Shown here piece after piece: positions 13,701 to 28,700 of a DNA stretch of 64,000 bases. Source of the DNA: Tubulanus polymorphus (lineage: Eukaryota > Animalia > Nemertea); NCBI RefSeq assembly GCF_964204645.1, contig NC_134025.1, forward strand, positions 21,179,101 through 21,243,100. The letters run 5' to 3'. The notes beneath the pieces are model-generated. The model was not told where the DNA came from. It did no database searches and saw nothing but the letters and a program-made list of their open reading frames with translations. The translations under genes were made by a program, and so were the position numbers. Each line of letters opens with the position of its first letter. Within the stretch, counting starts at the first letter, position 1.

Positions 13701-16700
13701 GAATTCGACTTACACGAGTAACGCGAAATCTTTAAGAATCAAAAAGCGGATAAAAGTACAATCATGCCAGGGAACTGATTTGCAGCAACAACAACGAAAC
13801 CGCAAACAAAATAGAGAACAGGCGCACTTCGTTGTGCTGTGCGACATGTTCTGAATTTGCCAATTTCCAGACGATGTTCTCTGTATTGAAGAAATGCTAG
13901 TTGATTGACAGATCGTCGATTCATCAAATCGTTAATAACATATCGCCGATATTGAAGATCACACGTTCATCATAGCGATATGATGAGAAAACGAACCGAA
14001 AAGTAACTGGAATGTTTAGAAAAAACGCAGTAACGCTTGCGTAATATGAAATTGTGTATGATGGCGAATATGTGTATCAAAGGGTAACGTATACGGAGAC
14101 GTCCTGGGGCCATATACGTACTATTTTTTGCAATCCAGAATAAGCCTCAAAAGTCATTTTTGTACGATAAGAAGATCTGTTTGTTCCGAGTCTTGTAATT
14201 CAAGGGAAAATAAAGTTATTATTATTATTATTATTATTATCATCATCATTATTATTATTATCATCATCATTATGGGTAATATCACTACCTTCTTTTTACT
14301 TATGAATTCCCATAGGATACTTGCATAGTACATAATATTCAGTAAACTCAAATTTCATTTTCAAATTGAAAAAAAAGATATACGTAGCAGCCAAACCTAT
14401 AGCTAATAGATCATTCTCGAAATATAGCAGTAAAGTAGATGAAAGAATTTAAGAAAAAAATAGCGAAACATTATCGACATTTCCATTCGGATGATCCCCG
14501 CCCGTACCGTCGCAATCGAATCAAAATCCCACGAATCCCGTCGCTCATCCCAATGACTTCGTTCGACGCGTCTTGACACAGAAATATTGCAAATAAATTT
14601 GACATTCAATGTAATCGTTGCCGACTAAACGTTTCTGATAGACAACGATTAGACGCGGCTAATCGCGCTTAAAAGACTGATATTTGATAAGCGACGCAAT
14701 TTACGCTGAAGCGAAGATGGAGATCGAACGAGAGGAAGGTAGGTCTACCCGAGATCCGGCGCCGCGTCCTCCGTTCTGATACTAATGGCAGATCCCAATC
14801 TTACGAATAAAAGGCGATAGTAAATTAGCCGCGATATGGCGTCTGAATTTTATAGCGCCGATATTAAACAGCTTTCGCGTATACGGCATATCGTTAAATT
14901 TCCTGAAATTACGGTCTATACGAATCACGAACTGGCTGCCCGTTAGACGAGACGTATTTTACGAGGCTAATCGTGGAATTAAATCGCTCGGTAATTTCCG
15001 GTATTATCCGCCCGGTCTCGCACCGCTGACAAAATAACATTCGACACGATACTATACGAGATCTGTATGTGTGTGGATATAACTGATTTGTCATCATTTC
15101 GTGTGCGCGAAATATCAATAAAACCGAATCGCGTTTTTAGTGGTATTCAATTCGTTGGTTGGACGATAAAGTTCTGCGAGCGCGTCTAGAACTATCTTCA
15201 TCAATCTTTTTCTAACTAACTTGAAAGTTTATTGACGAGTTGAAAAATAATACTTATATCACGTAGTATTGTCGACAAAAGTAGTACAGCATGAATTACC
15301 GATATCTAATATTAAGGATGAATGTAAGTTATTTCGGTCTTGAATATATCGATAATTGAATCGACCGGCAACCAGTCTAAACTAGCCCCGATATATTAAT
15401 GACGTGGTGCATATCCTCTCAAAATAAAATCATCAAAATTTATCAGAAATGTAATAAAGAGCCGTGAAATATATTTGATTACAAACAAAACGCCAAAATT
15501 CATAACTGTCATAGTTATTTTAAAACGCCAATATTGACGACGCAGAGCACATCGACTCACATCGAATCCGTCATAACGCATACTAGGTCTAAAATGTATA
15601 TAAACATTATTGTAACGGTTTTTACAGCGTAAAAAAAACCGTTTCGCGGATTGGAATCTAATCGATGGAACTTCAAAGTCGATCTTTAGAAATGAAATTG
15701 CCGCCTGCTTGAGCTAGTCGGTGACAATCAATTCTCTAGCATCACAATCGATACATCATTGAAAGATTAAAGCCCCGCTATTCAGGCGATGCCGATATTA
15801 AAAGCAATTTTAGTAAAATAGAGCCACGACTGGAAAATTGAATATTCTGATTACCGACTCCATGAATAGAAAATTCGCGCGACAAAAAATAGCCTGCCTA
15901 CTATTCGATTCGGCGTGAAAAATGTTATTTTAGATTTTTTGGATTTATTTTAGAAATCACGGTTCAATCAATGATACTTGTGCTCAGGAATAACAACGTA
16001 TTGCTTAACTGAAAGGACGGAAAACTTTTTTAAACCGGAACGTGCAATAGAGCAGCTATCAATGTTTTCGTAACGTACGTAAATATAGAAAATTCATCGA
16101 AATGATTAAATATTTGAGGATTCCACGAATCGCTGAAATGAACAGAAAAAAATTATAAATTCTGGCTAAACAAAAATGATACATTGTTTCCCTAATCGGC
16201 CGGGCCATTTTGTAGGATGCAATGAAATCTATAATCATTTCATTTCTATAATTGCTGCCGGGTGTGTCATGGTAAAATTGATCATGATATTAAAAAGGTA
16301 ATGTTCATGGTAGATAGGCGGCCGGCCGGGTCAAGCTCAGCAGAAAGGAGAAACAAAATATCCACTTTTTATACTTGTATGTAAATTAATGTGGAGAGGC
16401 GCGATTTTTCAGAAATTATGAAGCCAACATTCAGTTTGCATAATATAGAGGGCTAGAAGCGTAAGAGGTGGATTGGGTGCTGTTGCAGTTGGTGCTAAAT
16501 ACAATCGTCTTGCCTGCTCGCTCTATATACTAGAGAATATTCTATATGGGTAGCGCGCGCGCAATGATTACGTCATCTTTAACGACGTTTCTACCGCGTG
16601 AAATACGTACCTAACATTTTTAGTACTGTTTTACGCGACTGCATCCTGTTAGTCGTGCTCGTCGTGGCGCCGTAATCCTCCGACGTTTGCCGAACTAATC

Positions 16701-19700
16701 CAGCAGATTTCCGAAGCGTAATCCCGATCAATATGTATAAAACGGTAATAATCGACATCGGAGTTATAAACAAGGTGAACGTAGATATTTGGAAGAGATA
16801 CGCGGCGTCGTTAAAACGAGTCGGGCGAATATTGCAGGTCAGCGAGTCCGGGATCGGTTGTTTAGTCCTTTTGCTACATACGGCATGAAATAGTTCGACG
16901 TAAACAGTGTACGGGGACGCCGCGCCGCAAGCTATTAGCCAACATATTATGATAATTCGTACGGCCCTAGAAGGGTTCGATATAGTTTGCGAACGAATCG
17001 GATGGCAAATGGCAATATATCTCTCGATCGTGAAAGCAGTAATTGTCAGAACGGATGCCGATGACGTCATTTCCGATAAGAAGATCTTGAAATAACAGAA
17101 CGGTTTACCGAATACCCACGGGTAAGCTTGCCATATACCGAAAACTTCGGGTGGTAGACCTGAAAATACACAAAAAAGGAATGTTTCAGCATTTTGATGA
17201 GTGAATTATTGCCCATATATTTTCATCAGTAATGTATCTATTCATTTACTTATCCATCGTATCAGTTCGTACAGAAAGTAGAAAGATACAGGTTTATAGA
17301 ATAAAGAAATTGAAAGAAGAAAAAAATATTACAAATAAAACAGAAAAAAATGGATACTATATTCGTACAATCAATACAAAATGGCAGACAATTTCACCAA
17401 AAAAGCATTTACATTGTTATATCAGACATAGATATTTCACGATATTATCAATGTTACCGTCGTTCGATTCATAGATCTTAGTTCAAAGAAATCTCGAATA
17501 CGTGTGGCAGATTGTGAGACATCCTGTTTCTGAAATGACTGGGAACACGGTAATCTAATTATGTCGAATAAGGATAATTCGACATACTACAAAAGTATTA
17601 TTGCCACTTGGCTCTAAATTAGGATGCCGGACATACGTTGACAAGCGTGAACCGATATTTTCACTTTGGTCGCTGCCAGCATCTCGCAAATCGACCGTAC
17701 TCTCAGCTATCATCGAAATATAACGTCTAATCATTCCTTGCTAATAGGAACACGTGTTTTAGGCAGAATGCGCGATCAAAGAAACTAATATGCAATCAAC
17801 TGGACATTGTATATCGAACTGTTTTGACCCCTGTCAAGCAGTGTATACGAAAACACTTTTTTTTCGTTTGAGTGGACGAATGTTAGTTCTTCTTCGATAA
17901 GCTGTTTATCAGAGAGCTTTCATTGTTAAGCATATAGCCACGGGATACTTTCGTCAGATTTCATTCGTCCTGTCGAGAGAATAACTGGCATCTTATTCGA
18001 TTTTGTGATAACCGTTCGTGTTAGCTGTGGTCTACGCTGACATGGTATATGTAAACACTGGTGGTTTGAATGAAGTTTTGTATCCGATAAACACCCATCA
18101 TGGCCCCAAAATGTCCATCATTTAGAACCCGCGGTCGACAGAACATGACAGCAAACAGAAGATATGCACGCGCACTTGTCGAGACGTAACTGGAATATCG
18201 ATTCATTTACAGAAATGATGAATGAATATGATATAGCGAATCGGACGGACAATACGACGTCAGCGGCGGCGAATTCAAAGAAAATACCGAAAACGGATGA
18301 TCGAGGTTTATTTGGTATGAACGTAGTCGAATGTCTGAATCCGTAACTTGCCCCCAATTAGACCTTCATTAATGACGTATTTAGCAACCATCTGAATCCG
18401 AATCGGAATCGGAATCGACTTTTCGGTCACAAATGCCGATAACTTTTTCGGTCACAATTGCCGATAAAGATTACGGCAATTCTCCACTTACAGCCGTGCA
18501 AAATATATTTGCCAACGATCACCGCAATCGACATTGCCATGCGACTTGTCCACTTTACTCATAAAGATGTGAGCGATTCGAAATTTCCGTCGACAATCAA
18601 ATTTTGCAGCCGACAATTTGTGGCCTGTCAAGGCCGGGTCGCACTCATACGGTGAATCAAATCATTGATGACGACGACACAAAAATCTCTTTTAGTACTC
18701 GTGCGATAAAATTATTCGCTTTGCGAAAGGTGTTTCAAAGTGAACATATCCTTAAAGTTCAATCGCCACGATGAATAGTAATTGAAAATCTTAGTATTTT
18801 ACGTAAACAAAATGTAAGCATTGTCTGACAGAAACAGGTGCGGATCCAGGATTTTTTCCCGGAGGGGGTTCATAGAGAATGCTTATCTTAAATCGCCGAT
18901 TAAAATATCTGATAGGGGGCCTATACGGCATATTGTTTGGCCAAACGATAGATGATATGGTACCGATTATGTAGTTACTATTTGCCCGCCTTGTCTTTAG
19001 CGCATTCCTTCAAGATTACGATTAATAACTATTTTTGGTAGCTGAGCAGGGGGGGTCACGACCCCCGAAATCCCTCTGGATCTGCGCCTGAGAAATAAGA
19101 TTAATAGCCTATATAGTATGGTAGCCTATAGTCTAATAGCCTATGCTAGGAAGAGCCGATAAAGTCACCCGTTACAACTTTGAAATGAACCGAAAGCAAC
19201 ATAGACATCCTATATCTAGTGCTAAGATATCAGTGATTCCAGTAAGATTACAGCACAAGTAGTCGTTTATAGAAATTCATATAGAAAAAATCAAGATGCA
19301 ACTGAAAATGATTATATAATTATAGTAACGAAAGTCTTCGAGTAGCAGTAGTTTATTGATTTTATGGATAGAAAGAACGTTTCCACACGCCTCGTCGATA
19401 CTTATTTGAGCCATTCTCGTAATAAAAAAATATTCTATTACGAAATTACTTCTGATTTCTTTAAGAGAAGATTTAAAAGACTGTTAAGTTTGAAATGTGA
19501 GAAAACCATAAACTCTTATCAATGCAGAATGTTATCGAATGAGACCATCTGCGTTATATCGGTCTGTCAGAATATATTAGAATCGTCTGCCCTCGTCGGC
19601 TTGTGCCAATATAACATGTTTGACTATCCTGTTGAAATAGGTTTCTTCGACGTATAAATCATGAAATAGCTTGTTCACTTCATGGCAAACAAGAGATGAC

Positions 19701-22700
19701 AAGCTTTTCTTAGTGCGTAAAGTTAACGTTGTCTAAAATGACGGATTCCCATTACGCTAAGTAAGTGGTCAAATACTGGAGTATACGCTGATATCATTTG
19801 CGACGATAACTTCATAAATCAAGAGAAATTCCAGAATCCTAGTCCGATATAATATATCTGTTGTCCAGTTTGAAAAGGACTCGGTGGCCACCTTTTTGTC
19901 GGCCTTGATCGATCTGTAATCCAATAGCTGTGTATTTTAGCTGAACCCTCGACGACGGAATGAGCTAACGACACCGTAATTGCCCGAACGCGATATTTCT
20001 ATCCACTCATCCGGAGGGCTCCGATATTATCCGTACGATTATAGTCGGTAAATTACAAAAATACACTAGTTCCCACTGGTCATCCGCTTTCGGAGAATTA
20101 CGTCCTCGTTAACAAATAAAGCTGAACTCTATCTGAGTATATTACGCAGTTTTGCCATTAACGCAGCGAAAGGCCGTCTTACTTTATAGACGTTGGCATG
20201 GCGTAGATCCCGGGAGAAAAAGTGAAAATTGTTTACAATGAACTTTGTCATGAGGTGGTTCAGGGATATGGTCTTCATTTAGTTATTCAATCAGTGATCT
20301 AATCGTCACCGCCAAGCTTTTTATATGGAATAATGCTGAATTAACCGATCGTAAAACTAAACCTGAGGAAGGGTTCACCCTTGTTTAACGCCAGATCGAA
20401 ACTCTTAGTAATTCGATGCACGAAAGATCTATTTTCTTAGAAATTAATTCAGATTTTATTTCATGAAGTAGAAATTTCAATTTCGATCATTCGTCTCGTT
20501 TGGAAAGCTTGATTAGCTTTCGAACCTTATCAAAAGTGGAAAAATGTTCTATTCAATCAGAATAACGTTATCATTACTTTTTTTCTGCATCTGATGCTTG
20601 TTACGTTGGCTGGTGTATTTTTCATATAATCTTTGACTTGTGTGTCGGCGTGATGCGGATTAATTGATACCCGTTGGCGGTAATGCAACATTTTCTAGAT
20701 GCAGATTTCATCGCGACTTGAAGGATAAGTATGATGAATCGGTTATAGGAATTTTCTGATAATTTATCATTATACTCGGTTACGCGTCTCTTTTTAAATA
20801 CGTCGAGAATACTGTTGCAGATTGGCCTTTTCAGATATCTATACGGTGGCGCCGTAATAACGTTTTACTAAATATCATTCGAACCATGGGGGCCGATTAA
20901 TTTTAATTAGTGTTTTACAAATGGAATTACAGTGTTACACCGCGGTATCTGAACAATTCGAGCAAATGTCCCGTCCCTCGGGGTCAGTTTAATGAAAACG
21001 CGTAAGCTTAAAATGGTTGAGTTTGAATTGTTGCCAATAGCAATTAGACTAAAAAGTTGAGTTCGTCGTAAAAATTCGTTGTGAGGTAACCACTGGATAT
21101 AGAAGCCAATAGTGACAATTAAGATGTTTTGACCATATTTTGACTTCAAAATGGGATAATGTGTGAATACCATACATAGACAAAGAATCCACGAAGCAGA
21201 GTTGTTAATGGCAAAACCAACACTGACAATTAAACACCGTTTTTCATCACAGTGCTCAACCTTGTCATCTTTCATTCAGTTCAGTATAATGTTAATATTC
21301 ACCGACCAGATTTACGGGATAAATAGATTTATCGTCGGGAGAATATTTCCAAAAGTTCGTACGCAACACGCTCAAAATGACCTCCATATCCTGGAGACAG
21401 ATATAAACTCGTGCTCCGAAACAGCCCGACTCCTGCGATGCCGGGAATGTCAACGCGTATGGTACCGGGGTAACAACCAGAATAGCATCTCGAAGATGTA
21501 AATTATGTCTCAGATAAATAACATTTTAGTGACTGGAAAATTACATAAAAGCGGCAAATATTATGAAATTGAAGCAATTTAATAGCGAAGAACTCGTTTG
21601 AACTCTTACAAATGAAAAATAATTGGTTCTTCCGGTAATTTGAAAATCTTTGCCTCACATTTTAACGGCAAACGTATCATTTTGTCTTCGGTTGAAATCC
21701 GTGAAACTGTTTGAAAGTGTGCTTATAAACGTTATCAATCAGAAGCACATCCCGATTAACTAGATGCCAAACGATAATCACAAGTATCAACAACAATTAT
21801 GTAAAAAATCATTTTGTCGGTCGGAAGATGTTGTATCAATCAGGATATATCAAGAACACGATAAATAATAACGAATGATATGTTCATGTTATTGGTGTTA
21901 CCGATGAATGTCATCTTCGACGTATTCGTACACACTTGAGAATTCCAGATATACGGTACATGTATTCGTTATACGTGGACTCTATACTGTAAGCGGGCCA
22001 GATTCAATGAAAATCTGGATTAGGCTGATAAATCAGTAAATAACACTTTATTCAATATAGACGTGCCAGGTATATTGATTTGTATAAAATGTTTGTAAGA
22101 TTTTAACATTGTCTTTTCGTGATTATAAGGCTTCATTCGTCTGTTTACGTTTGTGCGACGTAGCATGTGAGTGATGCGGATACTTTTCTTAATGACACGG
22201 CCTGGAAATACTGATTCAGTCTCTCCGTGTAGACCCATCATTTTGCTACATTTTTCTTCCTTGCCATAGATTATGATAGCATCTAATAATGTAATATTCT
22301 AGTGGCAATGAATTTCTATTTCTATTTCTGTACGGATACTGAGACGAATGTCGCACGCGAGGATGTGCTGGCGTGAATGAAGCATCTGCTTCATAGGCCT
22401 CATGAATCGTATACCCGAGGTAAAAAAAAGTATTTGTCCTTGAAATATTTCAATTTCTCCCCATATGTCAGGATTTATGGTGGCTGATAAGGGTCATCCC
22501 GTAAAATTCCTGGTATGCAAATGAGGGCGCCGGAACGCCAAAACGAAAAGTAGCGTCAAATTTGCCAAAACACATTTTTAGAGAAAATTCTACATTTTAC
22601 GTTGTTTCGGCGGGGTCGCCAAAACGGAATTCCGAAATTGAAAACCGAAAATTCTTTGCTTTGGTGCCAAAACAAAACGGACTTTTAAGAAGAAGTTCAA

Positions 22701-25700
22701 CGTTATTTTTCGTTCTGGCGTTCTGGCGCTCTAATTTGCATACCGGGAATTTTACGCGATGGCCCTTACCAACTACCATAGGAATTTGATAAAGGCAATA
22801 AATTAAAACAACAGCTCAGTCACAAGAAAGCGTGGACGTAGTCACGTTAAAAGGGATATAAATTCACCATTAAAAGGATGAAAAGCGAATACGTGCTAGA
22901 TTAGCCATTCCTGTATATGTATGTATGTATTATCCATCTTGCTGAACGAGTATAAATTCTTGAAGTGGATGATATATAAGCCTGTTAAGTTGCAATGTAG
23001 GATTTATTTAAAGCTGATGATATATTTACCGAAATAATCCCAGCTTACTTCATGGATTTCCGATATATACCCGAAACATTTGAAATTGCCGGGATTATTT
23101 TATTTCATGTGTATATATATATGTTAAAATCGTGAACATAGAAAATTGGACTATTATGCGTGAATTTATAATGAATATCATTCCTCTCAACATTGCGTAA
23201 TACAACCGGCTCACTCACGGAAAATGTCTGAGACATGCAATCAAATCGGGTGAAAATAGGCTTCTCTACGCTATACTAGTGCCACAAGTACCGAGGTAAT
23301 TTGTCACGCAGAATCAAGAAGGACCCATCGAAAACAACTGCGGCGAAGTTCGTCGCGTTAGTTTAAAGAAATGAATATGTCGCCGGTATTTTCTCGAGTC
23401 GATAACGCCGTAGTTCTGTTGGCATTATTTGATCAGGTTCTTCAGGGTCGAAAATGCCTGCATTCGGCCCGAGGGTACCGCCGCCGCCGCCGCCGCCGCG
23501 ACTGTAACCACGGGATAAATACAACCGATCGATAAATTCAGCCGACACAAAAGAACGCCGGGAAATCATATAACAGGGAATAGATTATTCAAAAAATTCT
23601 TAATTGAAGTCGCATGCAATGTTGCTGGCCTGAATAACGCGCAGCCGCCGTGAATAGAACAGACTTCGGTCACATGGAAACCCGACAACTCGAATGAACA
23701 CGTCGCGATAGTTGATTCAATTCCGTTCCTTAGTTACCCGGATGTTAGTCACGAGGCCTTCCCGCTAAATCACACCAACGTTTCCTGGTGTTTAGCCCTC
23801 GATAATTTAGCTCATATCGTACGCTGTAATGGCGGTAATTTGTCTAATATATGGTTTCCTAGAGGGCTTTAAATCGCCACGAGTTGTCAGAAAATCCGCG
23901 TCAGCGTGAATGGCAACATTGGTAAAATGCCGACTTGATTGTGCTTTTGTTACAGCGGCGGCGCTCGATAACCTATAAATTCCAACTTCTGATTCTCAAA
24001 CGGTTACAATTTATGTTACAATATTGAGTAAATAAATTCCCAAGTCTGCAGTTACACTCGCCGTAAACAACCACAGATACTCAACGTCAAATTTCAGAAA
24101 GATACCCACTCAATGCCTAGAGTGTTGGGAGATTTATCATCCAGACCGGGGATCCGAGGAAAATACCATCAACAAACTATCACGATTTCTAAGCCAGCTT
24201 GGCACTTATTGGCGATTTCGGATTTGAATGGCTCCGCTGTCGTCAGAATGTATATACAATCTCGGAAGACAGTAAGATGAAGATAAAACCAAGACACACG
24301 TTCCAATTTGTTACGATCTTCCGATAATTCTTCGCTATTTTGAACAGTGACAAAACCGGCCGTCGGTACTAGTGACCGCGGACGTACATAAACTATTGTA
24401 CACTCTATATATATTATACGTCCATGCGATGACCAAATCAATTTGGTACATTGCGGAGTATACCTGCGTCGGGGCCTGATTGATCTAATTACGAAACCCC
24501 GACGAAAAACGTCACGTTGCAATTGTTACGGACTAATGATGTTTACCAGTATAGTTATATATATATCTATATATATGTATATATTTTTTTTTCGGTTTTG
24601 TGTTATTCTCAGCGTGTTTGCGTGTGATGAATTATTGTGTGTTCAGAACAGGTTGTGTGCCTCCTATAGTACACAAGTCGAGCCAGAAAAGCCTTTTTTT
24701 CGAGGGAATCTGCGGTGATGCCATCTTCAAATTGTATATACGCATTAAAGTGTTTGATATTGTTTATTGAGTCAAAGTTTTACATAACCTACATGAGAAA
24801 ATAAGTAGACTCAACATTAATATGGTGATAACATAATAATTTGCATATTGCTTACGGTAATTTGAGTTTTGTTCTATCACTAGCGATTTTTTAATATCTC
24901 AAGGAGCAACTTGCGATGTGAAAATGCTTTAGTTAGAAAAGTTGCAACACGTTTTGTCATAGCACCCGAGTTCACTAAAAGTAAATTGATAAATGGTGTG
25001 TATAATAGTGTGTTGCATGTTGGAAATCTTCTCAATGCAGTTGAGCTGTCCAGCCGGAAACGCTATTAATATCTTATCAAATTTCTCAGGCTGCCCAAAG
25101 ATATCGACATCGGGTCAAGCTATCGCGCTGACAATTAAACGAGGATAGACGATATGGATTATTTCGAAGCCGTTCGCTGTCGTGCGATGTGTGCGACATT
25201 AATACTCGGTACACGTCGTAGATCGGGAAAGTATCCTCGGGGACATATTGAACATGTTTATATAGGCTCACGCGAAACCGCGTTCTTGCGTCGTTAGCTT
25301 CGGCGATGAATCGGGTGGAATTTATTGCTAGGTGTTACAACAAGTACTAATTCCGCATCTAAAAGACGGAAGCGTCACCAACAGTGTTCCCTTGTTTCTC
25401 GTTAGTGGCGACGGCCATAAAACAAGTCGCCGAACGAGGGAGAAAAAATGACGAAAAGACTGGCGAAAACAAGACGTGTATATGTGCTGTAGAACGTCTG
25501 TTACAAACTGTCAATTAACACGAATAGTAGCGTTTATTTGATTTGCACGAGACGATGCTCTTGACGGCCATTGCCGATGCACTGAACGTTTCGATTTATT
25601 CCCATTAATTAGCGAGACAATTATCCACAGGAATACATCATTACCATTTCTGGAAGAGACCGGCCTCGATAATCATTACTTACTAAGAGGGCAATTTTAC

Positions 25701-28700
25701 GTAATGAATCCAAAACCAGCCGTTTCTACGTATATGTCTGGATATATTTAAAAAAAAGAAAATACGGTAATTTTGCAGCTCTCATTTTACTCAATCGAAG
25801 AGAAACCAGATTGAATAAAATTCTTGTTAACTCCGAGTATCTGAATCATATTACGATTCTCTTTTGTTCACCAGAAATTATATAATCTTGATATTCATAA
25901 AGATCGGCCTTTTTCGACGGAAATATCCATCAAAAATGAATTAATTCATTAATGAAATAATCAAAATTAGACACGTTGAAATATTGAAGTTGAACGTACA
26001 TCCAAAAGACACACTTCATGGCGAACAAATTAGATCCATCGACGTTGTTAGACGTTGTTTATTACGCCAAGAGCGTGACCTTCTGACCATCGATTATGAT
26101 ATTTTCTGTTTTCTCAAATGCATTTGCAGAGACCTATACTGAACCTTAATTTCTTCTTATTTCGCCTAACTGCAGAGATTTTTCTTTCGCGAGGAAAAGC
26201 TCATTCGAGCACGCGTGTTAGTAAATATATACCTAATCATAATACGCGTAGATCTGAAGAAGTATATAGATGATTGCCATCGGTCGAGGTTTACATGATA
26301 TATGCGACGGAAAGTGCCGACGACAATTACTGCGCGCCTAGTCCTTTCTCGGTAAATAATAGACCCTAATTATTCTCATACCGGGGTCTTTTTCATGCAC
26401 CGAATGTATCTTGCAAATAGGAAGAAAAATGATTCGTAATATTCCAGTGTTCTTTATGTGAATATGAATATAAATACTTTATTCTCTCTATGTCGTGTAT
26501 TATACATATCTTCTTTATCTAAAGAAAATGCGCAACTGAAACGATAAACCTATCATTAACAGTTGAAATGACGTACGTACACGATGTTGTATCACGTAAT
26601 CTATTTCCGCGGAATTCTTTTTAAAACTTGCCAATACTATACATCTTACGCGGCCGATAACAAATAGTTTAGTGATATTATGTTTCGTCGATAGCGATAT
26701 TGCTTAGACGAGATGACCATATCAACTTGGTCGAGATGATATACAATTTCCATATAAGACGAATTACGTAAAAAGCCCGGGCATTGAGTAAGTACAGAAA
26801 AAAAGACGAACAGTTCTGTTGTAAGAAATATATTGAGAAACGTTTACTCGGCTATATTCTTCTTCTTTGAGTTATTGTTTTTCACGTACCATATCAACTG
26901 TGTATCTCTATATATCTAAGTAAATCTCTATGTATTAATCTTTACTTGATTTTTAGTTTCATTTAAATGGTCATTTGTGTATTTCTCTTCCATTCTAAAC
27001 ATTTATATCCAAGTTCAAATTCTATGTTCAAAATGGGAGACACGGCTGCTTGCAGATATTTGATATGTGTGAGATTGTATCCGAGATTGTGTTGAGACAC
27101 ACAATTCTTGAAGGGAATTAGACGAATAACACGAAATATGAGACTATTTAAAATCTGCCTAATTAAAAAATCGATACAATACAAGCATACAAAATGTTAC
27201 ATTAGAAGTTGAATATTTGATACGATAGTTATTGGTTTCCGACCGATATACTGTGAGCTAAAATAGTACCGGAATCTTGGGAATATCCTATTCATGAATG
27301 AAGCAGCCATCTCCACAACGCCAGTCATGACTTTGAATTTAAACGTTCGTTGCCCGGCCGCATCTATGCGATTCATCGTCATCGCATAATTCTTGACGCC
27401 GTAAAAATCGTTGCAATAACGTTTCATAACTAGTATGCGTTAATTAAGAGGTTTGAGTCGATGTGCACTACGTCATCAATATTGACGTTTCAAAACAATC
27501 ACAGCTGTAAATCTTGGCCTTTATCTCCATAAACAAATATAATTCATAACTCTTATTTCATTCTTTGATTATTTTTGAGAGGATGTTCACTACGAAATCA
27601 ATATATCGGGGCTAGACTGGTTGCCGGTCAAGACAATTCAATTATCGATATATTCAAATCCAAATAACTTTATTGATCCTTGATATTATCTAATCTATAT
27701 AAGATTATTATTTATTGTATTAATTATTACTTATCAATTATTATCTATTACTAATATTTAGCCGTATTTAGTGTTATTTTTCAAGGCGTCAATAAACTTT
27801 TAAGTTAGTTTTCTCGTTTCGTAAACAGGAGGGCCGGCATCCGGAGCCGATCTCATCACATCATCGCTTGATCATAGCAAATCTAACATGATTAATATCT
27901 TTGCATGCGGTGATTTTACTGCGCAGAAAAAAGCCTATTTAGATGTGCGGGCTACGCTGCGGATATGCTAAACAAAAATTATCACGAGCCAACCACGATA
28001 CAAGATGAAGTGGACTAGATATAGAGCGATCGTATGGTCAGTCATGTGACCGAATCCAACCGCAGGTGATTAACCAAAAGTCGTTTTTAGGTGTGCGTTG
28101 ATATGATTTTGCCCGCCGCGTCGGTTCATCGAATGCAATCAAAAGATGATTCGGCGATCGCAAAGGTGTGATCCGGGCTTGGGAAAATAGTATAGAGAGA
28201 ATCCCACAATGATAACGTACAAATAAAGTTCGAAAATGTTTCCTTGGTCAATTAGTTTATTCGACGTTTCGACTATATTCTAATAGTCATCTTAAAGAGT
28301 ACCGTATTCCTCAGGAACCAAAGTTAACTCATTGAAATTGAACTTATTCTAACTCAGAGCTAACTCTTACTCACGACTATGGAACCGGATCCAGTATTCC
28401 TGAAGATGACTATTTGAATACAATCGAAACGTCGAAACTACTACAGCTCAATGAAACATTTTCGGACTTTATTCGTTCATTATTACTGTGGGATTCTCTT
28501 CATATCATCGTCGCAACACGGATATAGTGTTTTATGGACGGTTATTGAGACAATAATGTCGCATTGATTATCACCAGCCCGCGAGTAGAAAATATTCCGG
28601 ATTATAAAGAAAATCGATCCATTTCGAATGTTAGCTCGTTACCATTTGTATTAACATGAAACGAATTCTTGTAACTAAGCTCGCGTCTCTACCGGACAAA

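Larger units (their letters stand above)
28195..28533. mobile_element. Palindromic Penelope-like remnant with two opposed hammerhead motifs
   Basis: ~105-bp inverted arms (28195-28302 vs 28394-28500), each with a hammerhead-like motif, plus a ~33-nt unpaired tail. Confidence 0.7.

Noticed and set aside
14128-14351. Poly-Ile/Met ORFs
   Set aside because: They are translations of the (ATT)/(ATC) microsatellite.
23013-23046. CTGATGA...GAAA as another hammerhead
   Set aside because: No credible stem II; probably chance.
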